Part shown: piece after piece, positions 50,473 to 60,771 of the stretch
Numbering within the stretch: the first letter of the stretch is position 1
Layout of the letters: every line of letters starts with the position of its first letter
DNA from: a candidate division WOR-3 bacterium
GTDB lineage: Bacteria; Hydrothermota; 32-111
Direction: 5' to 3'
NCBI GenBank assembly: GCA_039804105.1
Contig: JBDRZU010000001.1
Span: forward strand, 384,001 to 448,000
DNA length: 64,000 nucleotides
Position numbers and translations under genes: made by a program
The notes under the pieces: generated by a model
Databases searched by the model: none
Told to the model about the DNA's origin: nothing
The model's input: the letters and a program-made list of their open reading frames with translations, nothing else

Positions 50473-51418
50473 AATCTTTTACATTTTCTTTTTTTTCTAC
50501 AAGTTTTTTTCTAAACTCCATTATTGGTAAATCACCTTGAACAAGTTTGTCGTTAAAAATATTTTTTTTCTGTGTGATTACAACTCTTCTATCCTGATGT
50601 AAAATTATCTTATTGAATATCATTCCTAAATCTGCAATCATTCTGTTAAGAAACGACAGAGGAAACAGTTTCACATAAAATCTCAAATAAACAACACTCC
50701 TTTCTTTATCCACTGGAGCAAAAAATGCAACAACTCTTACCTTTTCAGATATATGGTTCTGCCAAACATTTGGAAAAATAAATTCCAGATATATTGAACT
50801 ATCCTCAATTTTTAATTCTTCAGGTTTTTTTGCAATAAATCCATTTTCTTTTTCGTTGAAAACATAGAAAAAAAATTTTTTTTCATCTATCCATTTAACA
50901 ACAGGTCCATTTACAACTGTTCGGCCACCCATCCCTATCGTGTTATGATGAACGAAAGGTAGATGCATCACATCAAGTTGGTTTTCAACTGATCTTGTGA
51001 ATGGGACACTCCATTCTTCTCCATATTCAGAGTAAGAAAATCCACTATCAATATCATCAAAAAATTTTGGGGAATCTGTTGGTTTCTCATCTCCAACCCA
51101 TAACCATATAAAATTTTCCTTTTCTTCAACAGTGAAACTTTTAACATAGAACTCTCGTGCAACTATAAATTTTCTTCCATATGCAGGTATCGTTTGAACT
51201 GAACCATCCCCCTGATATTCAAAACCATGAAAAGGACATTGTAATTTCCCTTCAACAATTTTTCCTTTTGATAATCTCGCTTTTCTATGAACACAAAAAT
51301 CCTCGATACAACAAACTTTATTATTTCGATCTCTCCAAAGTACGAGTTCAATTCCACATCTTTTGATTCCAACTGGCTTATTTTTCAATTTTGAAGAAGG
51401 GTATATAGCAAACCACAT
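50462..51418 (-). CDS. Rieske non-heme iron oxygenase (VanA-like alpha subunit)
   Basis: CVHR...CPFHG Rieske motif, ENQLDVMHLPFVH iron site, QD. Confidence 0.92.
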   Translation of the reverse strand: MWFAIYPSSKLKNKPVGIKRCGIELVLWRDRNNKVCCIEDFCVHRKARLSKGKIVEGKLQCPFHGFEYQGDGSVQTIPAYGRKFIVAREFYVKSFTVEEKENFIWLWVGDEKPTDSPKFFDDIDSGFSYSEYGEEWSVPFTRSVENQLDVMHLPFVHHNTIGMGGRTVVNGPVVKWIDEKKFFFYVFNEKENGFIAKKPEELKIEDSSIYLEFIFPNVWQNHISEKVRVVAFFAPVDKERSVVYLRFYVKLFPLSFLNRMIADLGMIFNKIILHQDRRVVITQKKNIFNDKLVQGDLPIMEFRKKLVEKKENVKDFIA

Positions 51419-51427
51419 ATTCCACTC

Positions 51428-52351
51428 CTATATTAAATTTTTTGGAAATGGTTTAAAAATTGTTTGTTCTTTCAAATACTCAATATCAAATCTTATAACA
51501 TACGACTGTAAAAGTTTTAAAACTGTTGTTAAATCCAACTTTTCATTTTTAAATTCATTAAGGTTTTCCAAAATAAAATCTTTTTCATCTTTTTTAATTC
51601 TATCTTTAAAATAACCAAGAATATGTAAAAAAGTGTTATAAAAAGATGTTCTTCTGTAATTGATCTTTAAACCAGAAAACAAAACCTGTTCATAAAATAA
51701 AAACACAGTATCGATATCATAATTTTCATGGTTTGCTACTATTTTTCCTAAATCTCTTAACATCCTTTGATTATAAGATAGAAAAAGATATTTGTTTTGC
51801 GAATGGAAATTTATAAGTTTGTTCATGTTTTTTTCGAGTTTTCTGAAATTTGAAATTAAAAAAATTTTGGTTAGAAAATTCTCTTTTAAATATAAATTTT
51901 TCAATCGACCTTCAGATTCCACAGGAATATCTGTATAAAACTCCAAAACATTTTTTGCAAAAAATCCAGATCCATTTTCAACAACATTACCCTCTCTATT
52001 AAATACTTTAACATTTTTAATTCCACACGAAGGTGATTTTTCCTTTAAAATCACTCCATCAAAATTCCCTTGGTTTTTAAGAAAATTTTTTGAAAATTTT
52101 TCCATCTTTTCAGTTATGTCCTTTTCTGTATTATGCTGTATCAAAAAGTAAGATTTATCCTTTTTAACAATTCTTATCGGATCACGAGGAACTCCAAGCC
52201 CAATTTCAACTTCCGGACAAACAGTTTCAAAATCCACATATCTGACTAACTTTTTTATAAAATCATCCTGAATAACTATTCCGTTCCATCTTACAGGTTC
52301 AAACCCCAAACACCTACTAACAAGAATTTTGGGTTTACTAATATTTTCCAT
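51428..52351 (-). CDS. DUF523+DUF1722 (YbgA / 2-thiouracil desulfurase-like) protein
   Basis: SRCLG..VRWNG, CPEVEIGLGVPR, KSPSCG, EGRL, FH..NKY, HILGYFK. Confidence 0.92.
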   Translation of the reverse strand: MENISKPKILVSRCLGFEPVRWNGIVIQDDFIKKLVRYVDFETVCPEVEIGLGVPRDPIRIVKKDKSYFLIQHNTEKDITEKMEKFSKNFLKNQGNFDGVILKEKSPSCGIKNVKVFNREGNVVENGSGFFAKNVLEFYTDIPVESEGRLKNLYLKENFLTKIFLISNFRKLEKNMNKLINFHSQNKYLFLSYNQRMLRDLGKIVANHENYDIDTVFLFYEQVLFSGLKINYRRTSFYNTFLHILGYFKDRIKKDEKDFILENLNEFKNEKLDLTTVLKLLQSYVIRFDIEYLKEQTIFKPFPKNLI

Positions 52352-53231
52352 CTGATACCTCTTTTAAAATTTTTTGTGCCTTAAATACGCTTTTTTCTTT
52401 ATTCTTTATTTCAAGCATAACATCAAAATCAAATCCTTTTGTTTTAAGGAGAAAATCCTTAAAATCGTTTTCATCAATATCGTACGAATGTGAACATCTT
52501 TTTTTGTTTTCTCCCTGTGAACTATAATCAACGATAAGTTTACCGTCTATCTTTTTCCAGGTTTTTATCGTTTCTTTAATTCCCTCGTAAAAAGATTCTC
52601 CATTATTCAAACATGCATGATGGAAAACATCAAAAACGACTGGTATTTTTATTTTTTTATAAATTACCAAGCAATCTTTTAAAGAAAATGATCTATCATC
52701 ATTTTCGATAACCAAGCGATTTTTTATGCGCAGTGGAAGTTTTTCATAATTTTCAATAAATCTTAAAATAGATTTTTCTTTATCATTATAAACTCCACCA
52801 ACATGTATTTGGATCTTTGCATCATAACCTGTTTCCATAAGTTCAAGAATGTCGCTATGGTATTCAAGTTCCTTTATACTCCTTTCAACAATTTTTTCAT
52901 CCGGTGAGTTGATCAAAACGAATTGATCGGGATGCATCGAAACTCTGATTTTGTTATCCCTTAAAATCTTTCCTAAAAGTTTAAAGTCACTTTCAAAAAA
53001 TTTCTGCCAGTTGAATTTGCATATAGGGTGTGAAGCAAATGGAACAATATCAGAACTGATTCTGAAAAAATAAATATTGTTAGAAATATTAAACTCAAGA
53101 ATCTTCAATAAACAGGTAAGATTGTTTTTTATTTTTTCCTTTAGATTTTCTTCAGAATAATTTTTCAATCTAAATGTTTTATTTGGAGAACACCCAACAC
53201 TTAGATTGATACAAGGGTAGCCAATTTTCAT
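52338..53231 (-). CDS. uvsE: UV-damage endonuclease
   Basis: IGYPCIN, FFRISS, SMHPDQF, HVGGVY, IENDD, FDVFHH, HS, MLEIK.KE. Confidence 0.95.
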   Translation of the reverse strand: MKIGYPCINLSVGCSPNKTFRLKNYSEENLKEKIKNNLTCLLKILEFNISNNIYFFRISSDIVPFASHPICKFNWQKFFESDFKLLGKILRDNKIRVSMHPDQFVLINSPDEKIVERSIKELEYHSDILELMETGYDAKIQIHVGGVYNDKEKSILRFIENYEKLPLRIKNRLVIENDDRSFSLKDCLVIYKKIKIPVVFDVFHHACLNNGESFYEGIKETIKTWKKIDGKLIVDYSSQGENKKRCSHSYDIDENDFKDFLLKTKGFDFDVMLEIKNKEKSVFKAQKILKEVSDGKY

Positions 53232-54113
53232 TTATCTTCCTAAAAATTGTAAAATGATTTTTGCAGTTTGCTCTGGACATTCCTCTTGAGGTATATGTCC
53301 ACAACTATCGATGATTTCTATCGTTGAACCCTTTATGTAATTCTTTAATTCAAAACTAACTTTTTGTGGGATTATTGAATCGTTTGTTGAAGAAATTATT
53401 AAAACTGGAATATCAATATTCCTCATGTCATTTTTGTTCAAAATATTTTTTGAACTGATCGTCATATAATAAAGTGACTTCTCCCATCCATCAATCTTTG
53501 TTGGTTTTTTGTAATTTTCTAATATTTCCTTCGTTAATTTACTTCTATCATAAAAAGCTTTTTCCAATATTCTCTCTCCTTGATCAACAAAAGTATCCTT
53601 TATTTTTCTTATTGTAAAACTTTTAACAAAAGGAATTTTCAAAAAATATCTTAAAATTGGATTTATATCCCTTGAAGTGATTGAACTATTTATCAGTATA
53701 ACACCTTTTATATCTTTTTTATGTTTTAAAGCATATAAAAGAGAAATATATCCACCCTGTGAATTACCAACAAGAAAGATATTTTTGTTTTTATAACCTT
53801 TCTTTTCTATCAGTTTTTCCAGAAGTTCAATTTGAAATTCATAAGAATAAGGATTTCTATTTTTTACTATTTCTGGTCTGTCTGAGAACCCAAATCCAGG
53901 TCTATCGTATGCAAAAATCTGAAAATCATTTTCTAAATATTCACTTATTTTTTCAAAAGAATAAGAATAGGAACCAAAACCATGTAGACAAATCAATACA
54001 GTATCTTTAAGATCAGTTTCAAAATAATTTATTTTTAATGAATCAACATAAATTTCGGAATAAGTGGAAAAAAGAAAAAATCGAAAAATATAAAAGAAAT
54101 CAAGAAATCCCAT
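53232..54113 (-). CDS. Alpha/beta-fold hydrolase
   Basis: LHGFG, DRPGFGFS, GNSQGG nucleophile elbow, D..IP, GHIPQEE. Confidence 0.92.
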   Translation of the reverse strand: MGFLDFFYIFRFFLFSTYSEIYVDSLKINYFETDLKDTVLICLHGFGSYSYSFEKISEYLENDFQIFAYDRPGFGFSDRPEIVKNRNPYSYEFQIELLEKLIEKKGYKNKNIFLVGNSQGGYISLLYALKHKKDIKGVILINSSITSRDINPILRYFLKIPFVKSFTIRKIKDTFVDQGERILEKAFYDRSKLTKEILENYKKPTKIDGWEKSLYYMTISSKNILNKNDMRNIDIPVLIISSTNDSIIPQKVSFELKNYIKGSTIEIIDSCGHIPQEECPEQTAKIILQFLGR

Positions 54114-54209
54114 ATAAGTATCTTAAGTCCGATTTTTTTGTTGTCAATACAAATTGACTTGTAAATTTGTATTTATATCATAGAATTTATAATATAAAAA
54201 GGAGTGGAT

Positions 54210-54563
54210 ATGAAAAAAGTTTTTCTGTTTTTTCTTTTGAGTATATTTTCACTTTTTTGTTTTGCACATGGTCCATCAAAAATTGAAATTTCTTTCAACG
54301 ACTCAATCGATCTTTTTTATGTAAAAGTTTTTCATTCTGTTCCCTCCCCTACCGCACATTATATTAAATCAATTAAACTTCTCGTTAATGGTGTCGAATT
54401 AATTGAACAAAAATTCACCAAACAATCAACAAAAGATTTTGAAGAAGCATATTTTCTTTTTCGAAACTCTCCAACGGATACTTTAGTTGAAATTTCTGCA
54501 ACATGCAATATTATTGGGAGTAAAAAAGAGAGATTGTTATTACAAGAGAAAAAGGTTGAATAA
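54210..54563 (+). CDS. Small exported protein resembling a superoxide reductase-like (SORL) metal domain
   Basis: Signal peptide, then AHGP...H.V...HYI...CNIIG (compare SOR H...H...HYI...CNxHG). Confidence 0.55.
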   Translation: MKKVFLFFLLSIFSLFCFAHGPSKIEISFNDSIDLFYVKVFHSVPSPTAHYIKSIKLLVNGVELIEQKFTKQSTKDFEEAYFLFRNSPTDTLVEISATCNIIGSKKERLLLQEKKVE

Positions 54564-54606
54564 AAATGTTGTTAATTTAATAATGAAATTACACAAAGGG
54601 GCATTT

Positions 54607-54774
54607 ATGAAATTTTTAATTTCAGGTATTCTCGCGTTCACCTTTTTTAATATAACTTTACTGTCAGGCATCTTTTTACGAAAATTAAAATTGAAAATTA
54701 TTCATCATAAAATTTTAGCTGCAATCAGTTTATTATTTTCTCTAATACATATTTTTTTTGTTTTCTTTTCTTGA
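54607..54774 (+). CDS. 55-aa two-TM membrane protein with His residues flanking TM2 (start ATG 54607)
   Basis: AAGGGG RBS-like site, MKFLISGILAF...HHKILAAISLLFSLIH. Confidence 0.55.
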   Translation: MKFLISGILAFTFFNITLLSGIFLRKLKLKIIHHKILAAISLLFSLIHIFFVFFS

Positions 54775-54777
54775 TTT

Positions 54778-55743
54778 ATGGATTCAAAAAAACTTTTCCT
54801 GCTTTCAATTTTAAAAAGAGCAGAAATATATAATATATGCGGTAATTCAAAAAGGGGGCTAAAAGATATTGAGATAATATTAAGATCAAAAACAATTAAT
54901 AACTTTAAAAGTATAAAAGCTGCTTCTCTCATGTTAAAATCAGAAATTCTGGGAACGATTGGGAATTTTGAAAAGATGCAAGAATTAGTAATTGAAGCGA
55001 ATAAAATTTTTGAGGAAATCAACGATCTGGAAGGTAAAGCATCTGTTCTAACAACTTTATCTTTTCTAAAAACCTACAAAGGCGATTTTGATAGTTCAAT
55101 AAAAGATTTAAATCTATCATTAAAAATCTTGAAAAAATTGCACAATGAATATGAAATAGCAAATCTTTTGAACAATCTCGCATATCTATATGATTTGAAA
55201 AATGAAAAAAGGAAGGCACTTTATTATTATAAAAAAGCATTAGAGATCAGGAAAAAGATCAATGATTTGAAAGGTATCGGAGAAAGTTATAACAATATTG
55301 GTTTTATCTATGAGGATTTAAAAAATTTTAAAATCGCCATAAAATTTTACAAAAAATCATTAGAAATTCGAAAAAAAATTGGATATAAAAATGGTCAAGG
55401 GATTACCCTTGTGAATTTAGGATATCTTTACAAAAATTTAGGGGATATTAAGCGATCCATAAAATGCTTTTTGGATTCAATTGAAATTTTTAAAGAAATT
55501 GGGAATGATAATTACCTTTCCAAATCTTTTTATTACTTAGGGAATATTTATAGATCAATAAATGAGCTTGAACTATCATGTTTTTACTATATTGAATCTT
55601 TAAAAATTAAAAGAAGATTAAAAGAAACAAAAATCATTAAAGAAATCTTAACCAATCTAATCGATAACTATAACAGAATATCAGACAGAAAAAATATGAA
55701 AAAGTTTCAAAAATTATTTCAACAATATAATTCAGATAAATAA
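54778..55743 (+). CDS. TPR-repeat protein
   Basis: Repeats such as YYKKALEIRKKI.D..G..SYNNIG (TPR_12-like). Confidence 0.85.
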   Translation: MDSKKLFLLSILKRAEIYNICGNSKRGLKDIEIILRSKTINNFKSIKAASLMLKSEILGTIGNFEKMQELVIEANKIFEEINDLEGKASVLTTLSFLKTYKGDFDSSIKDLNLSLKILKKLHNEYEIANLLNNLAYLYDLKNEKRKALYYYKKALEIRKKINDLKGIGESYNNIGFIYEDLKNFKIAIKFYKKSLEIRKKIGYKNGQGITLVNLGYLYKNLGDIKRSIKCFLDSIEIFKEIGNDNYLSKSFYYLGNIYRSINELELSCFYYIESLKIKRRLKETKIIKEILTNLIDNYNRISDRKNMKKFQKLFQQYNSDK

Positions 55744-55798
55744 AATAAAATTACCAATAATGACCTTTCAGTTAAACTCTATAACTTTTATCGCTTTG

Positions 55799-56917
55799 TC
55801 AATTAAGATTTATAATACATTGCTTGCTTAAATTTTCATACTCTTCTAAAAGATTTTTTATCAACTCTTTTACTGACACTATTCTGTCAATAAGATAAGC
55901 GTTTGCACCACAAAAAGTAAAACCCTGTGTCAGTTTACCATTTTTCGCATTTGTTAGTGCAAGAGCAATGCAGTATGGGACCTTTTTAAAATCACATGTT
56001 GCTAAACATTTCCATGGACATTTGAATGGTTTTTTAATCCCTTCATATACTTCATTTATAAAATTGTTTTTTATAGCCCTTCCAGGTAATCCAACAGGAC
56101 TGTCGATTATCACTATATCATCCTTCTTGCATTTTAAGTATTCTTGTTTGAACTCATCTGAAGCATCACATTCAAAAGTTGCAACAAATCTTGTTGCCAT
56201 CTGAACACCACTTGCACCCATTTGTATAAACTTATAAATATCAGCACCATCAAAAATTCCGCCTGCAGCAATAACCGGAACTTTTTTATTGAATTTTTCT
56301 TCATAATTTTTTATCTCTAAAAGAACCTCAGGAACAATTTTTTCCAATTTGTAATTAGGATCATCTATGTTTTCTTTTTTAAATCCGAGGTGACCACCAG
56401 CTTTTGGTCCTTCGACAACAACAGCATCTGGTATCAAATTATAATTGTTTTCCCAATATCTAAAGATAACCCTTGCTGCTTTTGCAGATGATACTATAAC
56501 AACAAATTTTGTTGATGAATTTTTCATCATTTCAGTGGTCAATCTGTTAGGGTTTAAAAGCGGAAGTCCTGCTCCCATAAAAACAAGATCAACTTTCTCA
56601 TCAATTGCAGTCAACAAAAGTTCTTCAAAATCTGAAAGTGCAACCATTATATTAACACCTATAATTCCTTTCGTTTTCTCTCTTGCTTTTCTGATCTCTT
56701 TTCTCAATGCTCTTCTGTTTGCTTCTTTAAAATTGGTGACAAAATCTGGTTCAAGCATTCCAATTCCAGCAGCAGCGATAACACCTATCCCGCCTTCATT
56801 GGCAACTGCTGAAGCTAAACTTGATAATGAAATTCCAACTCCCATTCCACCCTGAACGATTGGAATTTTTGCAATGAAATCCCCGATCCTAAGTTCGGGA
56901 ATACTTTTTAAGTTCAT
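55799..56917 (-). CDS. Nitronate monooxygenase/FabK-like flavoprotein
   Basis: PIVQGGMGVG, EGPKAGGHLG, AAGGI, GVQMATRF, SPVGLPGRA, C..C...C..YCI. Confidence 0.92.
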   Translation of the reverse strand: MNLKSIPELRIGDFIAKIPIVQGGMGVGISLSSLASAVANEGGIGVIAAAGIGMLEPDFVTNFKEANRRALRKEIRKAREKTKGIIGVNIMVALSDFEELLLTAIDEKVDLVFMGAGLPLLNPNRLTTEMMKNSSTKFVVIVSSAKAARVIFRYWENNYNLIPDAVVVEGPKAGGHLGFKKENIDDPNYKLEKIVPEVLLEIKNYEEKFNKKVPVIAAGGIFDGADIYKFIQMGASGVQMATRFVATFECDASDEFKQEYLKCKKDDIVIIDSPVGLPGRAIKNNFINEVYEGIKKPFKCPWKCLATCDFKKVPYCIALALTNAKNGKLTQGFTFCGANAYLIDRIVSVKELIKNLLEEYENLSKQCIINLN

Positions 56918-57296
56918 TTTTTCTCCTTTTCATTTGACCATTTAAAATGATCATTTAAACAATTATTTTCATAAACCATATAAAATATCTTTCCTTTTGC
57001 CTCCATTTTAAATTTTGGGAATATTTTCGTTGAATCTTTTATAAAAATTTTAATTATTACCTCATGTAAATCTAAGAATAAAAAAATAATCCATAGAAAT
57101 CAGATTTTTAAAATTTAACCAACTTTTCAAAAATGTGAAAATTTGGGAAGGTTTTTAATTTATTACAAACAACTATCATTTTGATATTATCATAAACCCT
57201 ATTTTCTGAAAAGTCAATAAAAAATCACTTAAATAAATATTTTTCAATTATTTCTTTTAAAATCTTGTTTAAACATTTTTAATTTAAAAACAAAAA

Positions 57297-57689
57297 TCAT
57301 TTTTTTAACTTTTTAATTACTCTATACACAATTCTGAAAATACCAAAGATGATTAAAAATATTCCAAGATATCCTGTCAAATAGATAATCAAATTAAATG
57401 GATTTTTACGAAAAGAAATATTTACAAGAGAAACTGAAACAATAAAAAGAACAAAACCTAAAATTAATAGATCAACTCCACTAACATCAAAAAATTTTTT
57501 CACTCTTCTTTTTTTCTTTCGATCTTCACGAAATCCCAAAACTATTCCCACTATTATTATCAAAATTCCCAAAAATATAACTGCCTGTGTAATCAAAACT
57601 CCTAATTTCGCAACCAACATCCCAACAAGGAAAAATAAAATACCTGTTATCAAAAATGATGTCTTAATCAAAAAATTTTTATTCTTCAT
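57297..57689 (-). CDS. Hypothetical four-TM protein
   Basis: Four hydrophobic segments; start overlaps the end of the antiporter gene. Confidence 0.6.
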   Translation of the reverse strand: MKNKNFLIKTSFLITGILFFLVGMLVAKLGVLITQAVIFLGILIIIVGIVLGFREDRKKKRRVKKFFDVSGVDLLILGFVLFIVSVSLVNISFRKNPFNLIIYLTGYLGIFLIIFGIFRIVYRVIKKLKK

Positions 57690-58881
57690 TCATCTCCTCA
57701 AGTTTAGCATAAACATTAACATTCTCTTTTTCTTTTTTCATAAGATGTTTTGGAAGAAAGTAGAAGTTTGCAATCATGGTTGGAACAACAGCACTTGCTA
57801 TAACAGTTATAACAAGCAAGGAGTATTGTTGTTTGTTGATAATATTGTGTGAATAACCAAATAGAGCAGAAATCGTTCCAAAAGTTAAACCCGTTGACAT
57901 CAATAATGTATAATACCATCTCTCTTTTGAATCTTTTCTAAAAACACTTACTACAGGAAATAAACCAAAAATTTTTGAAATAACTTTACTCATAAATAGT
58001 ACAAAAAAAACTATTGGAGCAGAGATTAATGATGAAATGCCAACAAGAGAACCAGCACGAATAAAATAGAATGGTGTTAAAAATCCAACTGTTAAACTTC
58101 TTAATCTTCTAACCCAAATACTGTTTTTTGTCGCAAACTCAGCGAGTGCCATTCCAAGAATATATGCAGGTAATACTGCTTCACTACCTGCCCACAGAGC
58201 AAAAGCACTCATTGCAAAAAGAACAAATGAAACCCATTTGATCCTTATCGCAGCGGTTCTATTCCCATATATTTTTGTGATATACTGAGTAAAAATTGGG
58301 AACAATATGATTACAATAATTGTAAAGACAACAAAAATCAAAGTTTTCAGAGTGAAAGGTGAAAAAATAAGTCCTAAGGCAATCACAGTTCCAAGATCAT
58401 TTATAAAACATGAACCAAGAATTCCTTTCCCAAACTCAGTTTTGTTTAACCCAGTTTCTAACATAACTGAGTATACAACAGCCATAGAGGTGGTTGATAA
58501 AGCGATCCCTGCAAGTAAACTCGCTTTCACATCCCATCTTAGTAAAAAATATGATATTAGAGACGCCCCGATAAAAGGAGCAAAAAAACCGATAAATCCA
58601 ACAATAAAAACCTCTTTGAGTTTTACCTTTATCACTTTTGGATCAAGTTCAGCACCTGCAAGAAAAGTTAGAAATATTGAGCCGGTTGATGCGAGAAATT
58701 TTAACCACTCCTGATCGTTTCCAACAAGTTCACTTCCTAAAAATTTGTTTGAAAAAAAAGCAGCTAAAATTCCAACACATATCTCAACAAGTGCTATTGA
58801 GATTTTTAAATGGTATGCAATAATTGCTGAAATAACTGCTAAACAAAGCCATATCGACGCTATTATAAAAATATTTTCCAA
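57679..58881 (-). CDS. Cation:proton antiporter (CPA2-like)
   Basis: TTG start after AGGAG, TFLAGAE, LSTTS.AVV, FINDLG, TPFYF, STGLTFG. Confidence 0.9.
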   Translation of the reverse strand: MENIFIIASIWLCLAVISAIIAYHLKISIALVEICVGILAAFFSNKFLGSELVGNDQEWLKFLASTGSIFLTFLAGAELDPKVIKVKLKEVFIVGFIGFFAPFIGASLISYFLLRWDVKASLLAGIALSTTSMAVVYSVMLETGLNKTEFGKGILGSCFINDLGTVIALGLIFSPFTLKTLIFVVFTIIVIILFPIFTQYITKIYGNRTAAIRIKWVSFVLFAMSAFALWAGSEAVLPAYILGMALAEFATKNSIWVRRLRSLTVGFLTPFYFIRAGSLVGISSLISAPIVFFVLFMSKVISKIFGLFPVVSVFRKDSKERWYYTLLMSTGLTFGTISALFGYSHNIINKQQYSLLVITVIASAVVPTMIANFYFLPKHLMKKEKENVNVYAKLEEMNEE

Positions 58882-59013
58882 AACTACTCCTGTTTTTGAC
58901 TTATATACTATTGTTTAATAAGTTAAAGTCAATAATTTTTGTGAAGTCAATCCACTTTTTAGTGTTGACAATTTTTATAATTCATTTTAAATTAAAAAAA
59001 TAGAGGAGAAAAC

Positions 59014-60210
59014 ATGAGAACAAAATTTTTATTATTAATCATTGTGTTACCATTACTAATTTTCTCACAAAAAGTAATAGATAAAAATAATTTCCATAGG
59101 GATTATTTTTTTGCTTATTATAATAATTACGATATAACTAACTCTTCTGAAAATTTCAGAACAGGTCTGAAAATTTTCAGTGATCTTTATTATAGAGGGA
59201 TTTCATCAAAAATTGACAATAGTTTTATTAAAGGAGTTCTTGGCTTCACATTCAGTTTTACATCAAGATGGTTTTCGATGTTATGGCCACATGAGTTTGG
59301 TCACTATCTAAGAGCAAAACAGGTTGGTGGAGATTTTTCATTTGTAAAATTTCAGTTCCCTGGTGTTGTTGGAGATATGGATTTACCTGTAGATGCTACA
59401 TTAGAAGATCACACTCTTGCGCTTATCGGTGGTTTTGAAGCAAACTATCTTACAACAAGAGATGTCCAATTTGATTTTTACAGGTTTGATGGACTTTATA
59501 ACGATGAATATGGGATGTCTTTTGGAAACAGAATAATGTATCCTTTTTATGCTTTTTTGATCGCGCAGCAGAATCCACAAGATCCACAAACATGGATAAT
59601 TTCAGGTGGAGATCCTGTAAATTTTACAAAACTTGTTTGGGAGATGAATGGAAGAAAAGTTTTCAATCCTGATAGTTCGATCAATGAAGGACTTGTAAAA
59701 TTCTATAACGATGCTGCTTACCTTTCAATCTTATGGAATCTTTTAGATATAAACCTTTATAAACAGGTTCTATCATATTTTGGTGATGAACTAAAAGGGA
59801 AAAAACCTTTTTATATTGGAGCTAAAAACCTTTTCTGGTCTTATGGAACATTTTTCAACACTTCACCACTTGGAGTTGAACTTTATTTTAGTAATTATTT
59901 AAAAGTTTATGATTACTTTATAAATCTTTATATTAGATACGGTTTACCATTCAAAAATAATGGCATCGGCCTTGCTCTTCCACAGGTTCTAAAATTTAAA
60001 AATATATCTTTCGGCTTAAATTCTGACTTCTGGACACAGGACTATTATGGTAAAGGTTTTCTTGTTTCAACCAATCTTTCATATCGAATGAAAGAAAAAT
60101 GGAATTTAGAAACACAAATAGGTTATAAAACAAAAGGCTATATACCTGGTAAAACAACAAAAGAAGGATTGTTGTTTTTGTTCGGAATCAGATATGTCTT
60201 TTTAGAATAA
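59014..60210 (+). CDS. Exported protein with HExxH motif and beta-strand-rich C-terminus
   Basis: AGGAG RBS, signal peptide, WPHEFGHY...GGFEAN, amphipathic C-terminal strands. Confidence 0.7.
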   Translation: MRTKFLLLIIVLPLLIFSQKVIDKNNFHRDYFFAYYNNYDITNSSENFRTGLKIFSDLYYRGISSKIDNSFIKGVLGFTFSFTSRWFSMLWPHEFGHYLRAKQVGGDFSFVKFQFPGVVGDMDLPVDATLEDHTLALIGGFEANYLTTRDVQFDFYRFDGLYNDEYGMSFGNRIMYPFYAFLIAQQNPQDPQTWIISGGDPVNFTKLVWEMNGRKVFNPDSSINEGLVKFYNDAAYLSILWNLLDINLYKQVLSYFGDELKGKKPFYIGAKNLFWSYGTFFNTSPLGVELYFSNYLKVYDYFINLYIRYGLPFKNNGIGLALPQVLKFKNISFGLNSDFWTQDYYGKGFLVSTNLSYRMKEKWNLETQIGYKTKGYIPGKTTKEGLLFLFGIRYVFLE

Positions 60211-60263
60211 AAAAAGTAATTAAAAGTTCTTTTCTTTCTTGTTGTTTCAGTTTTTAAAAGTAA

Positions 60264-60749
60264 TTATTTTTTTCTGAGTTCATCTTTAATATCGTTAAGT
60301 GTTTTATTAATTTTTAACAGATAATCTAATATAAACATTTGACGGATAATCTGCCATAAAATAAAAATGCCAAGAATTAATATAAATCCTATATAAATTT
60401 GAGTAGATCTACCAGAATCTTTTATTTCTTCAATTATCTCGGGGAATATCATCTTTATACCAATTAAATTTATTGCTATTATCAAAACCATAAATATCAA
60501 TAGAATACTTAAATATTTATAATTATTTAAAACATTTTTTAAACCAAAATCATCACTATTTTTAGAAAAATTTATATTAAGGGAACCTTCTGATTTATTT
60601 ATTTTCGGTTTTTCTTCAGAAGTTTGTATAGCATCATCAGGCACTACATTCTCTTTTCCACAATAAGGACACCTTGCAATATCACCTATTTTGAGAAATT
60701 TTACAATGATTTCATTTTCACATTTTGAACACTTAAACTTTAAAGCCAT
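60264..60749 (-). CDS. Zinc-ribbon membrane protein
   Basis: CSKC...CPYCG followed by two TM helices. Confidence 0.7.
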   Translation of the reverse strand: MALKFKCSKCENEIIVKFLKIGDIARCPYCGKENVVPDDAIQTSEEKPKINKSEGSLNINFSKNSDDFGLKNVLNNYKYLSILLIFMVLIIAINLIGIKMIFPEIIEEIKDSGRSTQIYIGFILILGIFILWQIIRQMFILDYLLKINKTLNDIKDELRKK

Positions 60750-60771
60750 TTTTTCCCTTTTTTACATTACT

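Noticed and set aside
54778..55743. TPR gene as a truncated remnant of a larger cyclase/ATPase-TPR protein
   Set aside because: No upstream remnant or frameshift is visible, so this cannot be supported from the sequence alone.
56914..56979. 21-codon ORF (MVYENNCLNDH...) overlapping the NMO start
   Set aside because: No well-spaced SD and no informative composition; likely chance in AT-rich DNA.
58882..59013. Fluoride or other riboswitch upstream of the antiporter
   Set aside because: The predicted promoter leaves only a very short leader and no aptamer consensus is visible.
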